This document shows positions 50,901-64,000 of a stretch of DNA of 64,000 nt, piece by piece. Each line of letters begins with the position of its first letter. Position 1 is the first letter of the stretch. The stretch comes from Carcharhinus longimanus (Eukaryota): the NCBI GenBank assembly GCA_030264375.1, contig JASCQW010000133.1, forward strand, positions 16,743,584 through 16,807,583, read 5' to 3'. A program made the position numbers and the translations under genes. The notes beneath the pieces are model-generated. The model worked only from the letters and a program-made list of their open reading frames with translations, did no database searches and was not told where the DNA came from.

Positions 50901-53182
50901 CAGATGTCTTTCACGGAATTTCGCCATCAGTCCTGTTGCTAAAGTATGGGGGGGGGGGGGGGTGCACGGCGTGGCAGTGGGCATACGTGAGGAACGGCGG
51001 AAAGTATAGCATGACCAGGAAACTCCCAACAGTTGGTGTTGTCGACTGCGATTTATTCGAGATGAGAACGTGTGACCTCTGTTTCACATGCCTGGTGTGG
51101 ATGATCAAAAGAGACTGATGTGACCCCGAGTCCACGTTTCCCCGACTGTCCCAGTGTTACCCTTAACTGATGAACTGAAGGCTGCTTGGGGCAGTGGTAG
51201 GGTTAAGCATACCCACATCAGGGTTAACATGAACAGAGAGCGCGTTTGGCGCACTGAAGCCAACTTTCTGGGCTCCTGATTTTTGGTCGGCTTATGTCTT
51301 ACTTAAACATTAAAGAGCGATAGATGTACTGGCGATTATAGCCAGGTTGTCAATGCAAATTGGGGGAAAAAAGGCATGCGTGTCTTTGATAGTTAACAGA
51401 AACGACATTCACAGCAAATAGCACATCAGAGACCCAATCAGAAACGAATAGGATGTCTAAAATGGTACAATGGATATTGTACAGAATTGGCTTTGAAAGA
51501 ATGGCGCACTGATGTATATGTCTGTGAAAAGATGCGGCCTTATTGATCAGTGAATGGTATGCAACTTTGCAAGAGTTGGCTCCGTGAAAAACTAGATGGA
51601 AACCGATTAATCAATGTAATCGTGGCATTTGATAGCATGTTGGTCACCGCTCCCTGATATCCTATTCCCATCCCTCTTGACTGGAGCATGATTAATATTA
51701 ACCCAGAGGTTTTTTTTTAATACGCGGCACCGCCAGTTGTTAGAAAAACAAATCATAAATTTGCGATGCGGAGATCAATTTGCAGGAACGGTTATAAACT
51801 TCTCATAATCGGGTTCGACAGCCTGACAGTGTAACCGACAACTGGCCACGGTGTCCACATGATGTAACGTGACCACGTCTTGCAGTCAGCACCCATGGAA
51901 TGCTTGCGTGAGATGATAGCGAATGCCAAAGTCAAATCCCCAAGTGCAAAAAAAAACTAGGGCAAGCACGTTCCCATCTTTCAACCGTGTTTAATGTAAT
52001 CATAATCCCTAAATCGGCTGTTCTTAAATTACAGTATCGACTGCATCTCACTGCTATCCACAGAAAGAATGCAAAGTGTGTGAAATGTCTGGGACTGGTG
52101 GTAGATGCACGCTCCCTCCCCAGCTTGCATCTTCATGGAATGTGATGTTATATCTGGGGAAACGTAAACGGATCCCTCGATGTGAATGTGCCAGCAACTC
52201 TGAGTGTGATGTCCCCATCCCCACCCNNNNNNNNNNNNNNNNNNNNNNNNNNNNNNNNNNNNNNNNNNNNNNNNNNNNNNNNNNNNNNNNNNNNNNNNNN
52301 NNNNNNNNNNNNNNNNNNNNNNNNNNCTCAACAACCCCCACCCCCTCCATCCCCCGATATTAATGACACAGAAAATCCATGGTTACATTGGACACTGGAG
52401 CTAATTTGCTGGTTAATAATTGATTGGGAAGGGGGGGAATTTTGGAGACAGGAATTTTTGCTTGTACAATGCTGCGCGCAGACATCTTCGCTATTTCTCC
52501 CTCTATATGTCTCTGTTTATCCCTCTGTCTGTTCCCCTGTCTCCCAGTCTGCCCCTCGTTCTGTCGTGTGAAAGCGAAAGGGGGGCGGGGGAGTGGAATG
52601 ATGAAGGTCAGTTAACTTATGTTCTCGCCGCTGTAACCATTGAATCTGTGCATGGTTCCACAATGATCTGAATGGATAGCAGATATCCACATAGCGCCTT
52701 CAACAGCTGATTGTTTGAACGAAGTGTATTGAAATATCACAAAACTACGTACAGTGAAATGTATAATTCTAGGGGTTCTTTAACTTATGGACATATAATC
52801 ATATGTCATACGACAGCTTCCTGCCCAGAATTTAATCATTTTCTTTCATGCGATACTTAAACATTTGACCACAGATAGCACTTGTTACATTACTACTAGT
52901 CAATGCTTTGTTTGACTTGAATTAAGGTTTCATAAAATCGATAATACAATACTCAGGTTTCAATGTGCACTCCACCTGATCTGGGTGGATTCAACACTTA
53001 GCCACTGAAAGAATCCCGGCTGCGACCATGCATAGAAGACATGTGAAACACATTCAACTACATATGCCGGGAAAGGGGATACTTGCAAAAGCAGCAAGTG
53101 TCGCTGCCAGTTGTTGTTCCAAGTGGCACAGAACACGGCACCAGGGACTGAAGCCGGCTGCTGCCTACACATGAACGCAATA

Positions 53183-53493
53183 TTTGTTTTTGTTTGGGAC
53201 GTGGGCATCGCTGGCTGGGCCAGCACTTATCACCCATTCCTAACTACCCTTGAAGGAGGCAGTTAGTATAGGCCAGACCAGATAAGGATGGCAGATTTCC
53301 CTCCCTGAAAGGACATTAGTGAATCAGACGGGGTTTATTAACAACAATCGACAATGATTTAATGGTTAGACTTTTAATTCCAGATTTTTGAATCCAAATG
53401 TCAACAACTGCAGTGGCGGGATTTGAACCTTGGGATCAGATTCTCCGCGTCTCTATTAGCCCAGTGCCAATACCAGTATCCCAGCACTTCCCC
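53183..53493 (-). mobile_element. MetaSINE-like SINE, near full length
   Basis: GGGACGTGGGCATCGCTGGCTGGGCCAGCAC tail, GGCAGATTTCCCTCCCTGAAAGGACATTAGTGAA core, and GGGATTTGAACC (B box on the minus strand). Confidence 0.8.
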
Positions 53494-54343
53494 AGGTGAC
53501 GTGTGTAATCATTCAGAACATGATATTACATGGAGGGAAATCGGCTGGATAATGTGGGTTGGTTACAATGGAAAAAACGTTTATGAGGGTGTCCCTCAAA
53601 ATAAACAGACCCATGGTGTCTGGGCCTCTCTTATGTATTTCCCCAGTTATAGTTGACTCGTTATTGGGCGGGAGCGGGCTTTAAACATTGACAAGTTTAA
53701 ATGAATTTAATGTTTGTTTCATTCCCAGCCAAAATCCATAACAACTCAAATTTGTTAATCTTCCTCTCTGGTGGTCAGACCTATGCTTGGCTTTGCCAAA
53801 TAGTTATTACCCTGCGTATTTTTCAATCAGCCACTTTCAGTTACAGCACTCCTGTACTCTGTTTCATTTCAGTTCGAGCATATAGCTTACTCCCTTGTGC
53901 ACTTTCCCCATCCGTGAAGGGTTTATTTCCTGTTATAATTTTCCCAGTTTAACTTTGCATCCTGCTTGGACATTTTGCGGAAATTAACATCGAAAATGTG
54001 GCTCCAGTTCTCAGTAAAACGCCGCTTTGCTTTTAGGTGGAGTGTGGAGTTCAGTATTGTCACCTGCATAGTTTGCACATTATGTGTGACTGTCTCTCGC
54101 GGAATCATCTGGGACGGCGCCCAATTTTTAGAATTAGCGCCTAAACCTATGTGGCATGCGGAGAACAATTGTCATCGTATTTAATCTGGTTTCAAAGTGG
54201 GAAGCCCAACAAAAAAAACCCGGAAGATAAAAGAAAACGTAAATTATTGATGAAAATGTTGAAACTAGAGTTTCCTTGCTGGCTTTTCTCCAATTGCCGA
54301 TAAGATTTATAAAGCATTTTGGCGAGAGCTGACGACAGCTGTA

Positions 54344-54635
54344 GGGCGGCTGCTGCCTCACCGCGCCAGGGACCTGATTGGATTCCCGGCTTGAGTGACT
54401 GTCTGCGTGAAGTTTGCCCGTTCTCCCTGTGTCTGTGTGGGTTTCCCCCGGGTTCTCCGGTTTCTCTCCCACATTCCATAGATGTGCAGGTTAGGCGCAT
54501 TGGCCATGCTAAATTCCCTTTCAGTGTACCCGAACAGGCGCCGGAGTGTGGCGACCAGGGGATTTTTACAGTAACTTCATTACAGTATGAATGTGAGCCT
54601 ACCTCTGGTCCAATAAATAAACTTTACTTTAACTT
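54344..54635 (+). mobile_element. HE1-like V-SINE, tail type B
   Basis: V-domain plus GTACCCGAACAGGCGCCGGAGTGTGGCGACC..AATAAATAAACTTTACTTT tail. Confidence 0.92.
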
Positions 54636-57600
54636 CTGTACTAAACACAGAAACACACCTGTACAGATGTACTATAATACAAAGAAAATTGTTTACTCCC
54701 CATTAAACATGAAACTTCAAAGCTTCGCTACAACAATGTCCACTCAATAACGTGTAGGATTTATTCATCTGTTGTGCTCTTTACACGTCCGAGTTATTTA
54801 TGAACGGGTGGGGGGTGGGAGGGGGGAGAACTGCATGTGCACCTAAGCTTTGATTTTTCCTATAAGGCACTAGAATCATTGTGCGGGTTAATAAGTTTTT
54901 GATTAAATGGCTGCACTTTTAATTTGTTCTGTCTTCGGAGTTGCCTTATCATGTTCCAAAGTGCGGGGACTCGTGTCCTTACTGAGCTCTCCCACACATC
55001 ACCCTAAACAAAAAGTGACTTTATCTGGCGGGATCGTGTGAAGAGTGTTTCCACTAGCACGCCGAGATTCTCTCACCTTTTCCAGCAAGATGAGTCCTCA
55101 CTGCCTCCGCGGGGTTGGGGGAGACTGGGTTGGAGGCAGCTGTTAAAGAGATATGGCTTAACTTTAAAAAAAAGATTGGCAAGCTTCTCACATTTTGAAA
55201 TGACGTTGAGCATTATGCGAAATCACTCGCCACTTGTTTTATACATAAGCACCCTGTACCCTCCTCAAAATAACTTGGAGGACCAAGCATTGAATATTTG
55301 GGAAGATTTAAAGCATGCCGTGTCCCCTAATGTTGTTTTGCTATTAGAATAATTGACTAAAAAAAGACAGAATTTAAACTTGTACAAAAGGCAGCAGTAG
55401 CTTTTTTCCACACCTTTCCGTGAACTTGCCCTTTCTAACGTCGGATCCGGTTCCCTGAGAAAATGTATCGGGTTAATACGCCTCATGATTTGAATTAAAG
55501 AGGTATATACATATTCCTTTTAAAACCAGCTTCAGGCAACAAAACGTTAAAGTATGGACTTTATTTTCCTTATAAGAATGAGACATTCCAAATCATTTAA
55601 GGCGCCGGTAATAAATAATGTTCCGATTGCTGTGCAAATTCAGAAACTTCACAATTCATTGAATAACTCTCCACTGAATTGAGGGCGCTGTCAGCTGTCC
55701 CAGGTTTAGCCTGACTGAAGACTTTCAAGCAACCTTAATATAGCCTAGGAGTAAGTATATAAACTTGTACAGTAAATAGTGCAAGATTTATCTATAGGTG
55801 GATCACAGATAAATAAAGAGCTGTGGAGGTAGGTTCTGGGTGCAGGAATAATTTTCATGGCATCAAACCTGCAGGTATTTATTCATTTAGAAGATTTGTA
55901 ATGGTTCTGGGGAAAATCTGCAACATCTAAGAAGATAAACAGGCTTAAACAGCTGGACTCTGACATCATTCGTGTTGTAAAGGAACAAAGAAGGAGATTA
56001 GTAATGGGCTGCATTTTTTTTTAGAGATTTCCACGAATGTGATCATATTCACATTCTCCTCATTTTCTATGTTATAGATCTTGATTGCGAGAGTGGTGTA
56101 ATTAAATCCATTATATTGCTGGAGGAAGAGAACTCCATCCGGACCTCAGCAACAGCGGCCCCTATTAAAGCTGTTTTAACTTTCTTCACTCTCTTTTAAG
56201 AATTCAAAAGCTGGAAATGGTACACGTCTAGAAATTAATAGTTAGCAGTTAAAATGGTGCCGGAGTGTAAACAACAATAACTTATCATTGCAGCTAAACA
56301 GTAAGTCCGAAAGTTTTCATAGCAGAGCTGCATCTTTGTGAGGCAATCTGGGTTTCTTTGGATTGAGCCATCAGCTCTGAGCAGACAGTGACATGTCATT
56401 ATTTTTACTGTTTTATCATTATTCACATCTCCCTTATTATTGAAAAAACCCGAAGTCTATAAAATCTTAGTTGTTGATGTAAAGAATTGAAAATGCTCCA
56501 TTTTGATGTGGCCCTTAAAATTGTGTCTATTGAACAAACATCTAAGACAGAGCTCACCTTATTCCTTGTACGTTATGAAAATTAGATCCGAATGTAACAA
56601 CATTCTTCATTGTTTGTTTCACATTTACAGGGTTCCTACATTAAAATCATATTGTACGATTATGGTAAGATTGTTAACTATTATTACATCGATATGTAAA
56701 ATGCTGAAAATATAACTTGTTCTTCTCTAACGTAAAGTGACTATGATTCATGCAAATGACAAAGTTATATTCTATTAAGGAGACAGATATTGAAAATGAT
56801 AGTGGAATTTTCTGGTCCAATTGGCAATGAATTGTAAATGGCAACATATCTTGTCTCTTGTGGTGGAACAATAAGTTCTAAAGGACTTTATTGCGAATGT
56901 GTGAGGCGTTGCAGATATGAATCACACAATGATATTGGCCTAGTAGTTCTGTTTGCTTAAATAATCTCGTCATGTCTCTCTCTCTCACACACAGGCAGAG
57001 TTCTGATTTACAAATGCCAACACTAATGTTAAACAACCTTACTATATATTTTCCTCTTTTCCCGATTGTTGGGTTGTGCTTTTTAATTATATGTTTTCTT
57101 CGAGTCGAATTCATTATCATCAAATGATGCATTGAACAATTGAATTCAAATGAATAATGAATAATTTGACAATCGATATATTAAAACCGGATTAATCGTC
57201 ATGCACAAAGTGCCACTTCTGTTTTACTGATCCATCCCTGAAAGCAGAGTTTACTGGCCCACAATGAGCCAGTTAACAATAATTATTCTGCATAACATAC
57301 CCTGACTTTAACAAAAGCAAAATCAGTCCGAGCAATGCACTAACTGGAGGATAAACATGATGTAGTGATCAATCAACAGGTAAATACATTTATTTTGTCA
57401 ATGAGGTCAGAAAAACACTAACATTTTAAAAATTCTACGTATGAAGGTTTTCACGTGGCAATGCTCCAAACTGCAAATGTGATTATGTTGTGTCTTGTTA
57501 GTGGGAGTGTGAAATAATTATTTTGATGTGCATGTGAAGTTTCAAAGGATTATTTTGAAATGAGGTTCGATAAAGCTGAAAATACGTGAAGCATTTCGCA

Positions 57601-60152
57601 AACAATTGGTGTAAATCCTGAAAATGTAAAATGCATGTTACAACATGCTATATTGTTACGTGAAAATTAGTTCAAAAAAAAATTGAGGTCATAATTCCGG
57701 AAGAGCAAATTGGAGAAAGCGAGTCCGTTGGTAAATATTTGGAGAAAGTGTTTCAAGAAGTGTAGTCAGATAAATATGAGGCGCTTTATGGGATTATGCT
57801 ACTCTGGCTGGTGGGGGCGGGGGGGGGGCGGGTGGTGGAGCGGAAAGACAAGTAATGAATGTCTGGTGAAGGACAGTTGTTGGGATGTCAGGTGGTATTT
57901 TCCTGAAATCTTTAAATGACGGTGACAGTGGGGGCATTAGTTTCTCTAGCCTCTCATGTGCTTACTGATCCAGAACGGTTTGGTCTAGCTTAATGGAATC
58001 ATTAGGCTACTTGTGTGTGAATACGGTGGCTGAGTGGCCTGGCTCCACTTTGACCAATGTGATGAATGTTTTCAACAGCCCTATAGGATGGCAACGGCCC
58101 CTGCGAAGTGGTAATGTGTTCACCGTGCACAACAGATGTGACGAGTTGGAAAAGAGGGGTGTGCGGTTGAACAGGATTCCTTTGACGTCTGGTTAATATC
58201 TTGACACTGAAATGTCCATCGGGTGGGACATTTGGGTAATTGTGTAAGGGTTATTTGTTTGGGGTACCTTGGACATAGATCACCATTGATGCTGTCAGGG
58301 CAACCTCCCTCTATTTGGCAACAAGAGTTCAGCTACACACCCCTTTAGCAATCAAGATCTAGAACAAGAAAACACAGCAATTATGATAGTATTTGAAACT
58401 TAAATATTTGTCTTTCTGTGCCAGTGTGGTTTCTGGTGATAAAACAATACGTATGTTTATTAGCTAGTTTGGATCGTCTCGTCCATTTAAAGTTACAAAG
58501 TATGGCTGATGAGTCCCAGACAGACTGGCACCAGTGGTCATCTCTGTAGGCAATAGGCCTGTCAGTTTAAGCCATAGGACAGGTGTAAATCTCGCTGACA
58601 TTCCACAATTCCACCCCGTGTCCTTACCTGAAGCTAAACTCAATTATGACTTGGAGCAAATCAACTATATTTTTTCTAACACACTGATCACAATGATGAA
58701 GTCCAGATTCGTGATAATGAAGGCCGTGTTCGATGCGGCGATTCTACAATCCGCAGCATCGGTTAAGTAGCAGGTTCGTTTAGAATTGTGTATTATCAGA
58801 CAATAAAAATAAGCAGCAATATTCCAGCCTCCCAAACATTTGGACTCGCTTTTAGTTGTTATTCATTGATCTTGATTGGGTGACTCACACAAAGTAAAAC
58901 TCACTACGGAAAATCAGCAATTCAGCGCTTTTAAACATTGCATTGGCATTCCACACACCGAAGGAGTTAATTCTCTTAAGTGCTAGGAATTAGTCCATCC
59001 CTTAAGAGCTTTGCATCCAACAGGCCGGCACGTTTCCTCATTTTTTAAAAATATATTGTACTGTATTATCGAACTGAAATGAACTAAGGAACCACTTAAA
59101 GAGTTCAGTGTTTACATGTTACATTTACTTTGGTTATAATACTTCTCGAGAGACTTATGTTATTTTTGGGGTTGAATCTATTCTGAATTCTACTCCTGTC
59201 TTATGGCCTTATGAGTTGAACCTAACCAGTGGCTCCAAAACTATCAAATCTTTAGGAAGGAAAAAGCACTTGTTTATACTTTAGGTTCTGCTCACCTTCA
59301 TTTTAATTTCTACCATTTAAGATTATCCAAGAATGGATATACTTAATTACAGTAGGTAATTATCAAATAATACCGGCGTGGTTATTTAATTCTTTCCCCT
59401 TCTGGGGTACGTTTATTTAAAAGGTAATGTTTCGCTCATATTTACTTATTATTTTTTCTCTATAGATGCTCCACTAGTTAACTGTTCATTCATCTTGCGC
59501 TTTCACTGGACTTATCCATGTTTTACACCTANNNNNNNNNNNNNNNNNNNNNNNNNNNNNNNNNNNNNNNNNNNNNNNNNNNNNNNNNNNNNNNNNNNNN
59601 NNNNNNNNNNNNNNNNNNNNNNNNNNNNNNNNNNNNNNNNNNNNNNNNNNNNNNNNNNNNNNNNNNNNNNNNNNNNNNNNNNNNNNNNNNNNNNNNNNNN
59701 NNNNNNNATTTTTGTGTCACGGTGTTTCTCCCCCTACCTCGTCTGGTTTCTCTTTTCCTGCTACTAGATCACCCGGCACCCCCCCCCCCCCCAACCCGCA
59801 CCTCCCCGCCTCACCACCATCAAACACACACAACCTCACAACGCTGGAGTGCAACTGGAACTAGCTCTATCACGTGTGTTGCTTAACTGAAACTTCTCTG
59901 AACCTCGCGTTTCCCCCCAGCCAGTGTTGCCTGCTGTAACTGCGAAAGAATCGCCAGCATTTGCAGTGCCAAGAAGGGTCTAATTACGGCTTGGAGATAA
60001 ACACTTCACATTTATAAGGGAAGTAAGTCCCTAAATTTGTAACAAGACTACTACAGAAATATAATTGAAAATTCCCTTTGAAGTTTTACATCCGAGCAGG
60101 CTTTTAAAAAGAATAAGATGTTATATGCAATAAAGTTTTGTTTTAGAAAAAG

Positions 60153-60175
60153 ATATATATATATATACATATATA
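60153..60175 (+). repeat. (TA)n microsatellite
   Basis: Seen directly. Confidence 0.9.
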
Positions 60176-63100
60176 AAACATGCACTTTGTGCCGTAAGAG
60201 AACGAAGCCAAGTACTGAGTGCCCACGTTGATTGTGAATTGTTCCCAAAGATGTGCTCAGACTGAGATAATGAGGGCTGCGATCGTCCAGATCCCTTTAC
60301 CTTTTCCCAGGATTGAGCTGTCGCCAGAGCACAAAACGACAGTGTAACAGTGCACCACGCTACTCACATCCAATTTGTTCCGTACAAAAGCTGATCTCTA
60401 AATCCGCACTAACAAAGCGGTACTCGGAGACAAATCATATAATGTTCAATTTTATTCATTTTCAACTAATTAACTGGAATCCCACCTTCTCTCATACAGT
60501 CTCCAATTAATTTGCAATGTATGTCAGAGGTCGTTAGACTTCCAGTGAAGCTTTGTTAAGATTTTGTCTGTCTCCCTATATTGATCTTATTAAGGCATTT
60601 CTTCTTCGTGCAAAAGGTCGCAGAGATTTTTTTTTACCGCCCCGGTCTTTAACTTGAAGCGTTGATAATAGGATTCGCGTCTGGGGCACAGAGTTTAAAG
60701 CGGTGTGTGTCGTTGCTGTTTGGAGGGCGGTTCAAAATACAGTGCTGTCGAGTAAGCCCAGCGACCGGATATTATCCGGTCTAGGCAAAGCAACCCTCAT
60801 TTGAAAAAAAACCTAATTAACGCGTGGATAATTTAGATACGATCGGGCAAATATGAAATATAACATGCTGGAAATGCCTTATGAGCACAACATGCTAATA
60901 GGGTTAATTAGCATAAATGTACAGTCGGACACACTTTGAAGCCAGCATTGCTTTGAATAACGTGTAGCGCTCTAATTAAGACTGAGCGCGGACTCGCCTT
61001 CACTGTAAGTAGCAAGGGGAGACAACTGCAGAGTTTGTATCAAAAGATTATTTCAGACTGCATAATGAGGCAGAAAATACGTTTTAAAAGTAATAGCAAT
61101 GTTGCAGCCGCTGCAAGAGAGTAAATTTAGTCTTTCTTTCCTTTTTTAATTGGCCAAGCTGAGGTGTAACATTATAAAATCGATTTTACTGACTGCATCG
61201 ACTGCAGTTTCGAACCGTCTGACCTTTGAATTGATTGACGTTAACCTGGTGAAAATACCATTAAGCAGGTCAGTCCATGAGTTCTGTTAGTTATCCAGAA
61301 AGAAGAGAACTAACAATTAATAAAACAAAACATGCCAGGACCGAATAATCGACCAACGCTCTAACAAATGGAGACAACCTCAATCCAACTCCTGCTTATA
61401 TCCTTTGAAAGTGCCGGCGGACAGTATTCCAAAGTGTCTAAAAATTAAACCCCATGCAGGGTTTCGTCAAACGTTATAATTTAAGGTATTGGGACTGCCG
61501 GCCTCTATCTTTAAGATTTCAATTGAAATCTTTGAAAAAAATGTATTAATCAGTTTGAATGACGTTCATATATCATCGGGGCAACTAAATAGCCCCATGG
61601 AAATTATAGTAACACTGCCAAAAGGGCGAACCTACAACAGAGAAACTGAACTTCGGATGAACTTTTTTTAAAAACGTTCAAAGGACTCTGACGTGAAGCT
61701 GTGACCCGCAGAAGGTGCAGCAAGTTTGAGCCAAGGGGTCCTGGCAAGACAGTAAGCGGCTGATTTATATTATCGGGTGCGTATGGCACATTGATATTTT
61801 TAACTAACACGGCTATAATATTTCACAATTGAATATTGTACAGCTTTGCGCTGATTAACATCCCCACCCCTACTCGCACAGCAATAGAGAACTATAGAAG
61901 AGGTACGTTTGCCCCTACCCTGTCAAATCTTGCTTTGAGTAAGCAGGGAACCCAAAGACAGCGCCATCAANNNNNNNNNNGAGCTAAAGCACAAGGCTTT
62001 TATTTTTTACTCAACGTATCCCAGCCAGTTTACTATTGCTTCCTCATTATCTTCTACATGACGAACGATTACCATTATTTATAATATTTACATCTGCACA
62101 AGTATTTGAAAGACATCGTTATAAAACTTACCGTTGACATTTCAATTTCTTTCGACATCAAGTAGCGAATGCTTTTAAGTATTTCTCCAATGTGATGTTT
62201 GCAATTTTTTTGTATGTTCTGTCTACAACTAACACAAGCCCATCCGGTTGAGCTGCTTTTTAGTAAAAACCCGTCCTTGTTACAATGATGAAGAATTCTG
62301 TTATACGTGTCACACATCCAAACGACCGATATTTACACCTGCGGAGTGATGATGGGCCTAAGTACATTGCAATTAAGTGAATTGTAAATCTTTTCCGTAT
62401 GTTTTAAAAAAAGCAAGAGAATCATCTGTCTTTAATAAATTCTAACAACAGGCCCTGCTACACACGATGTGGCAGGCACCAATCTGTTTGCTTTACACAA
62501 TTTGCGCAGAGCAGTGAATGCAAGGGACGGTTACTGGAGACCCATGACTCAAACGGAAACAAAGTGAGAATTTTCGTCAATTCTTTTATGATGGAAATGG
62601 GGTTTGCAAACATTTAAAGGGGCTATTCCAGAAAAACCCCTTCAAATATAATCATGACACAACCCTGTTCCTCACAACACTATCTGCCTTTGATAGCAGT
62701 TGGGTCGCTTGTAACTGCATCCTTAACACGTTAAACATTACCATGAAAATAAAGCACTACCAATAACACATGTTTCTATGGATCACGTTAGAGTTGGTAA
62801 CCCTTAAAGAGGAAAAAAAGGCATTTGTATGTTCGGCACGCGAGCTAATTTGTTCTGGGTATCAGTAGTTAATGGTCACTAAAGGTGAATAAAGGTTACC
62901 TTTGCCTGTGTGTGTGAAGCGTCTGAATGCTTACTTACTGTGTAAACATCCAGATCTTTTTTTTCTGGGGGTTAATTTATATTATTCTTGTTCGTTTACT
63001 TTAATGTTTTCGACAGCACCTGCGTTACCACCTTATTTATGATCCACCTTTCATATTATTCTGGGCTACTCTGCAGGGTAGACTACAAACCATGTTAAGA

Positions 63101-64000
63101 GTATAATTCACTTCAATTTGTGGTAACTGACAAACAGCATATCAGTCAACAACGGGCAATATTATGATGCACTGTACTCTCGCTCGGTGCGAGATGTGCA
63201 ACATGTTTTGAACGTCAGTGCCTATTACACGAACAAAGACGGGAGTGTCGAAAGTTAAACGATCAGATATGAATTTTACTACATGGCCTTTGGTTCTTCA
63301 GTGATTTCTGAAAAGCACTTTTAATCCTTACTATCAATTTCTGCATTAGTACAGGTTATGCATTGAAGCTTTCTGATCGTCGGTAAAATGGGCCGAGACA
63401 AGACATGTGTCTACCAGAATCACATAAAAATTTACATCAGTTGTCTCAACAGTTAATCCCGGTGTACACCTCAGGCCATTTTTTGTGACCCTCCGCCCCC
63501 CCCCTCCAAATATTACAGACATGCAATTCTAATAACAAACCCCTGCTACCGGATTAAAACAATAATCTCACTCCATCAGGCCAATGATGAGTTATCAAGT
63601 GTTTTGTTCCAAGGTAAACGTATTTATTAAACCCAAAGTAATATGGACATCAAAAGCTGCACAACAAATAAAGCTACATTTTATATTTTAGGGGTATTCT
63701 GAAAAGTTGTCATTTTGCATACTTATAAGTATAGATTTATTAATGCATAAAGTGTAATAGCACAATACACTATCTATTACTTAATGCCACTATAATCTGT
63801 AGGTAATAACTTTCAAACTTAAATATTGGGTCACTTTTTTTAAAAAAGAATTAACCACACATTCATGTTGGAGCATCATTAAATTTCCTTTTGGATTTGA
63901 ATCACAGAGGCAAAATATTGAATGTTTAAACATTTAAGTTCTGGCCAACACAAATGAGAAAATATTGTCCTGGATATAATTCAAATATTTGTTTTTTATC

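Larger units (their letters stand above)
40600..64000. promoter_or_regulatory. AT-rich, CpG-retaining domain (putative non-methylated regulatory domain)
   Basis: Hand counts give 19 CpG in 43861-44220 versus 1 CpG in 35041-35400. SINE copies here keep their CpGs and repeat density is lower. Confidence 0.65.

Noticed and set aside
50877-50960. tRNA-like start GCCCGGTGGCTCAGTTTG
   Set aside because: No B box and no cloverleaf. The other tRNA-like sequences in the window are SINE heads.
52598-52671. C/D-box snoRNA-like layout (ATGATGA ... CTGA, 74 nt)
   Set aside because: No terminal stem, no clear C'/D' boxes, no recognisable rRNA or snRNA guide, and no host gene.
2083-54750. Recurring ORFs containing LLPHSARDPG..HCLCGVC
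   Set aside because: These are read-throughs of V-SINE copies, not a gene family.
60763-60781. Palindrome GACCGGATA-T-TATCCGGTC
   Set aside because: 9-bp arms are plausible by chance in 64 kb and there is no supporting context.
1-64000. CRISPR array, operon or prokaryotic defence system
   Set aside because: The sequence is eukaryotic and repeat-rich, with no regularly spaced repeats and no dense coding.

Overview
This is non-coding vertebrate DNA from a shark, probably a carcharhiniform, judging by the HE1-type V-SINEs and Penelope-type repeats. It is a scaffold with 12 N gaps. I cannot support any host protein-coding exon, rRNA, true tRNA or CRISPR array; the ORFs I could interpret are repeat read-throughs or LINE relics, and the rest look like chance. 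The left ~40 kb is CpG-depleted and rich in transposons: HE1/V-SINEs with two alternative 3' tails, MetaSINE-like SINEs, CR1/Rex1/L2 LINE fragments, Harbinger-like elements and MITEs with 3-bp TSDs, Penelope-derived palindromes with decayed hammerhead cores, and a probable solo LTR. Several of these are nested. From ~40.6 kb to the end the sequence stays AT-rich but keeps its CpGs, even inside diverged SINE copies, and has fewer repeats and several enhancer-like motif clusters. I read this as a >23 kb germline-hypomethylated regulatory domain next to a developmental gene outside the window. Repeat family names come from recalled consensus similarity, not from a database search.
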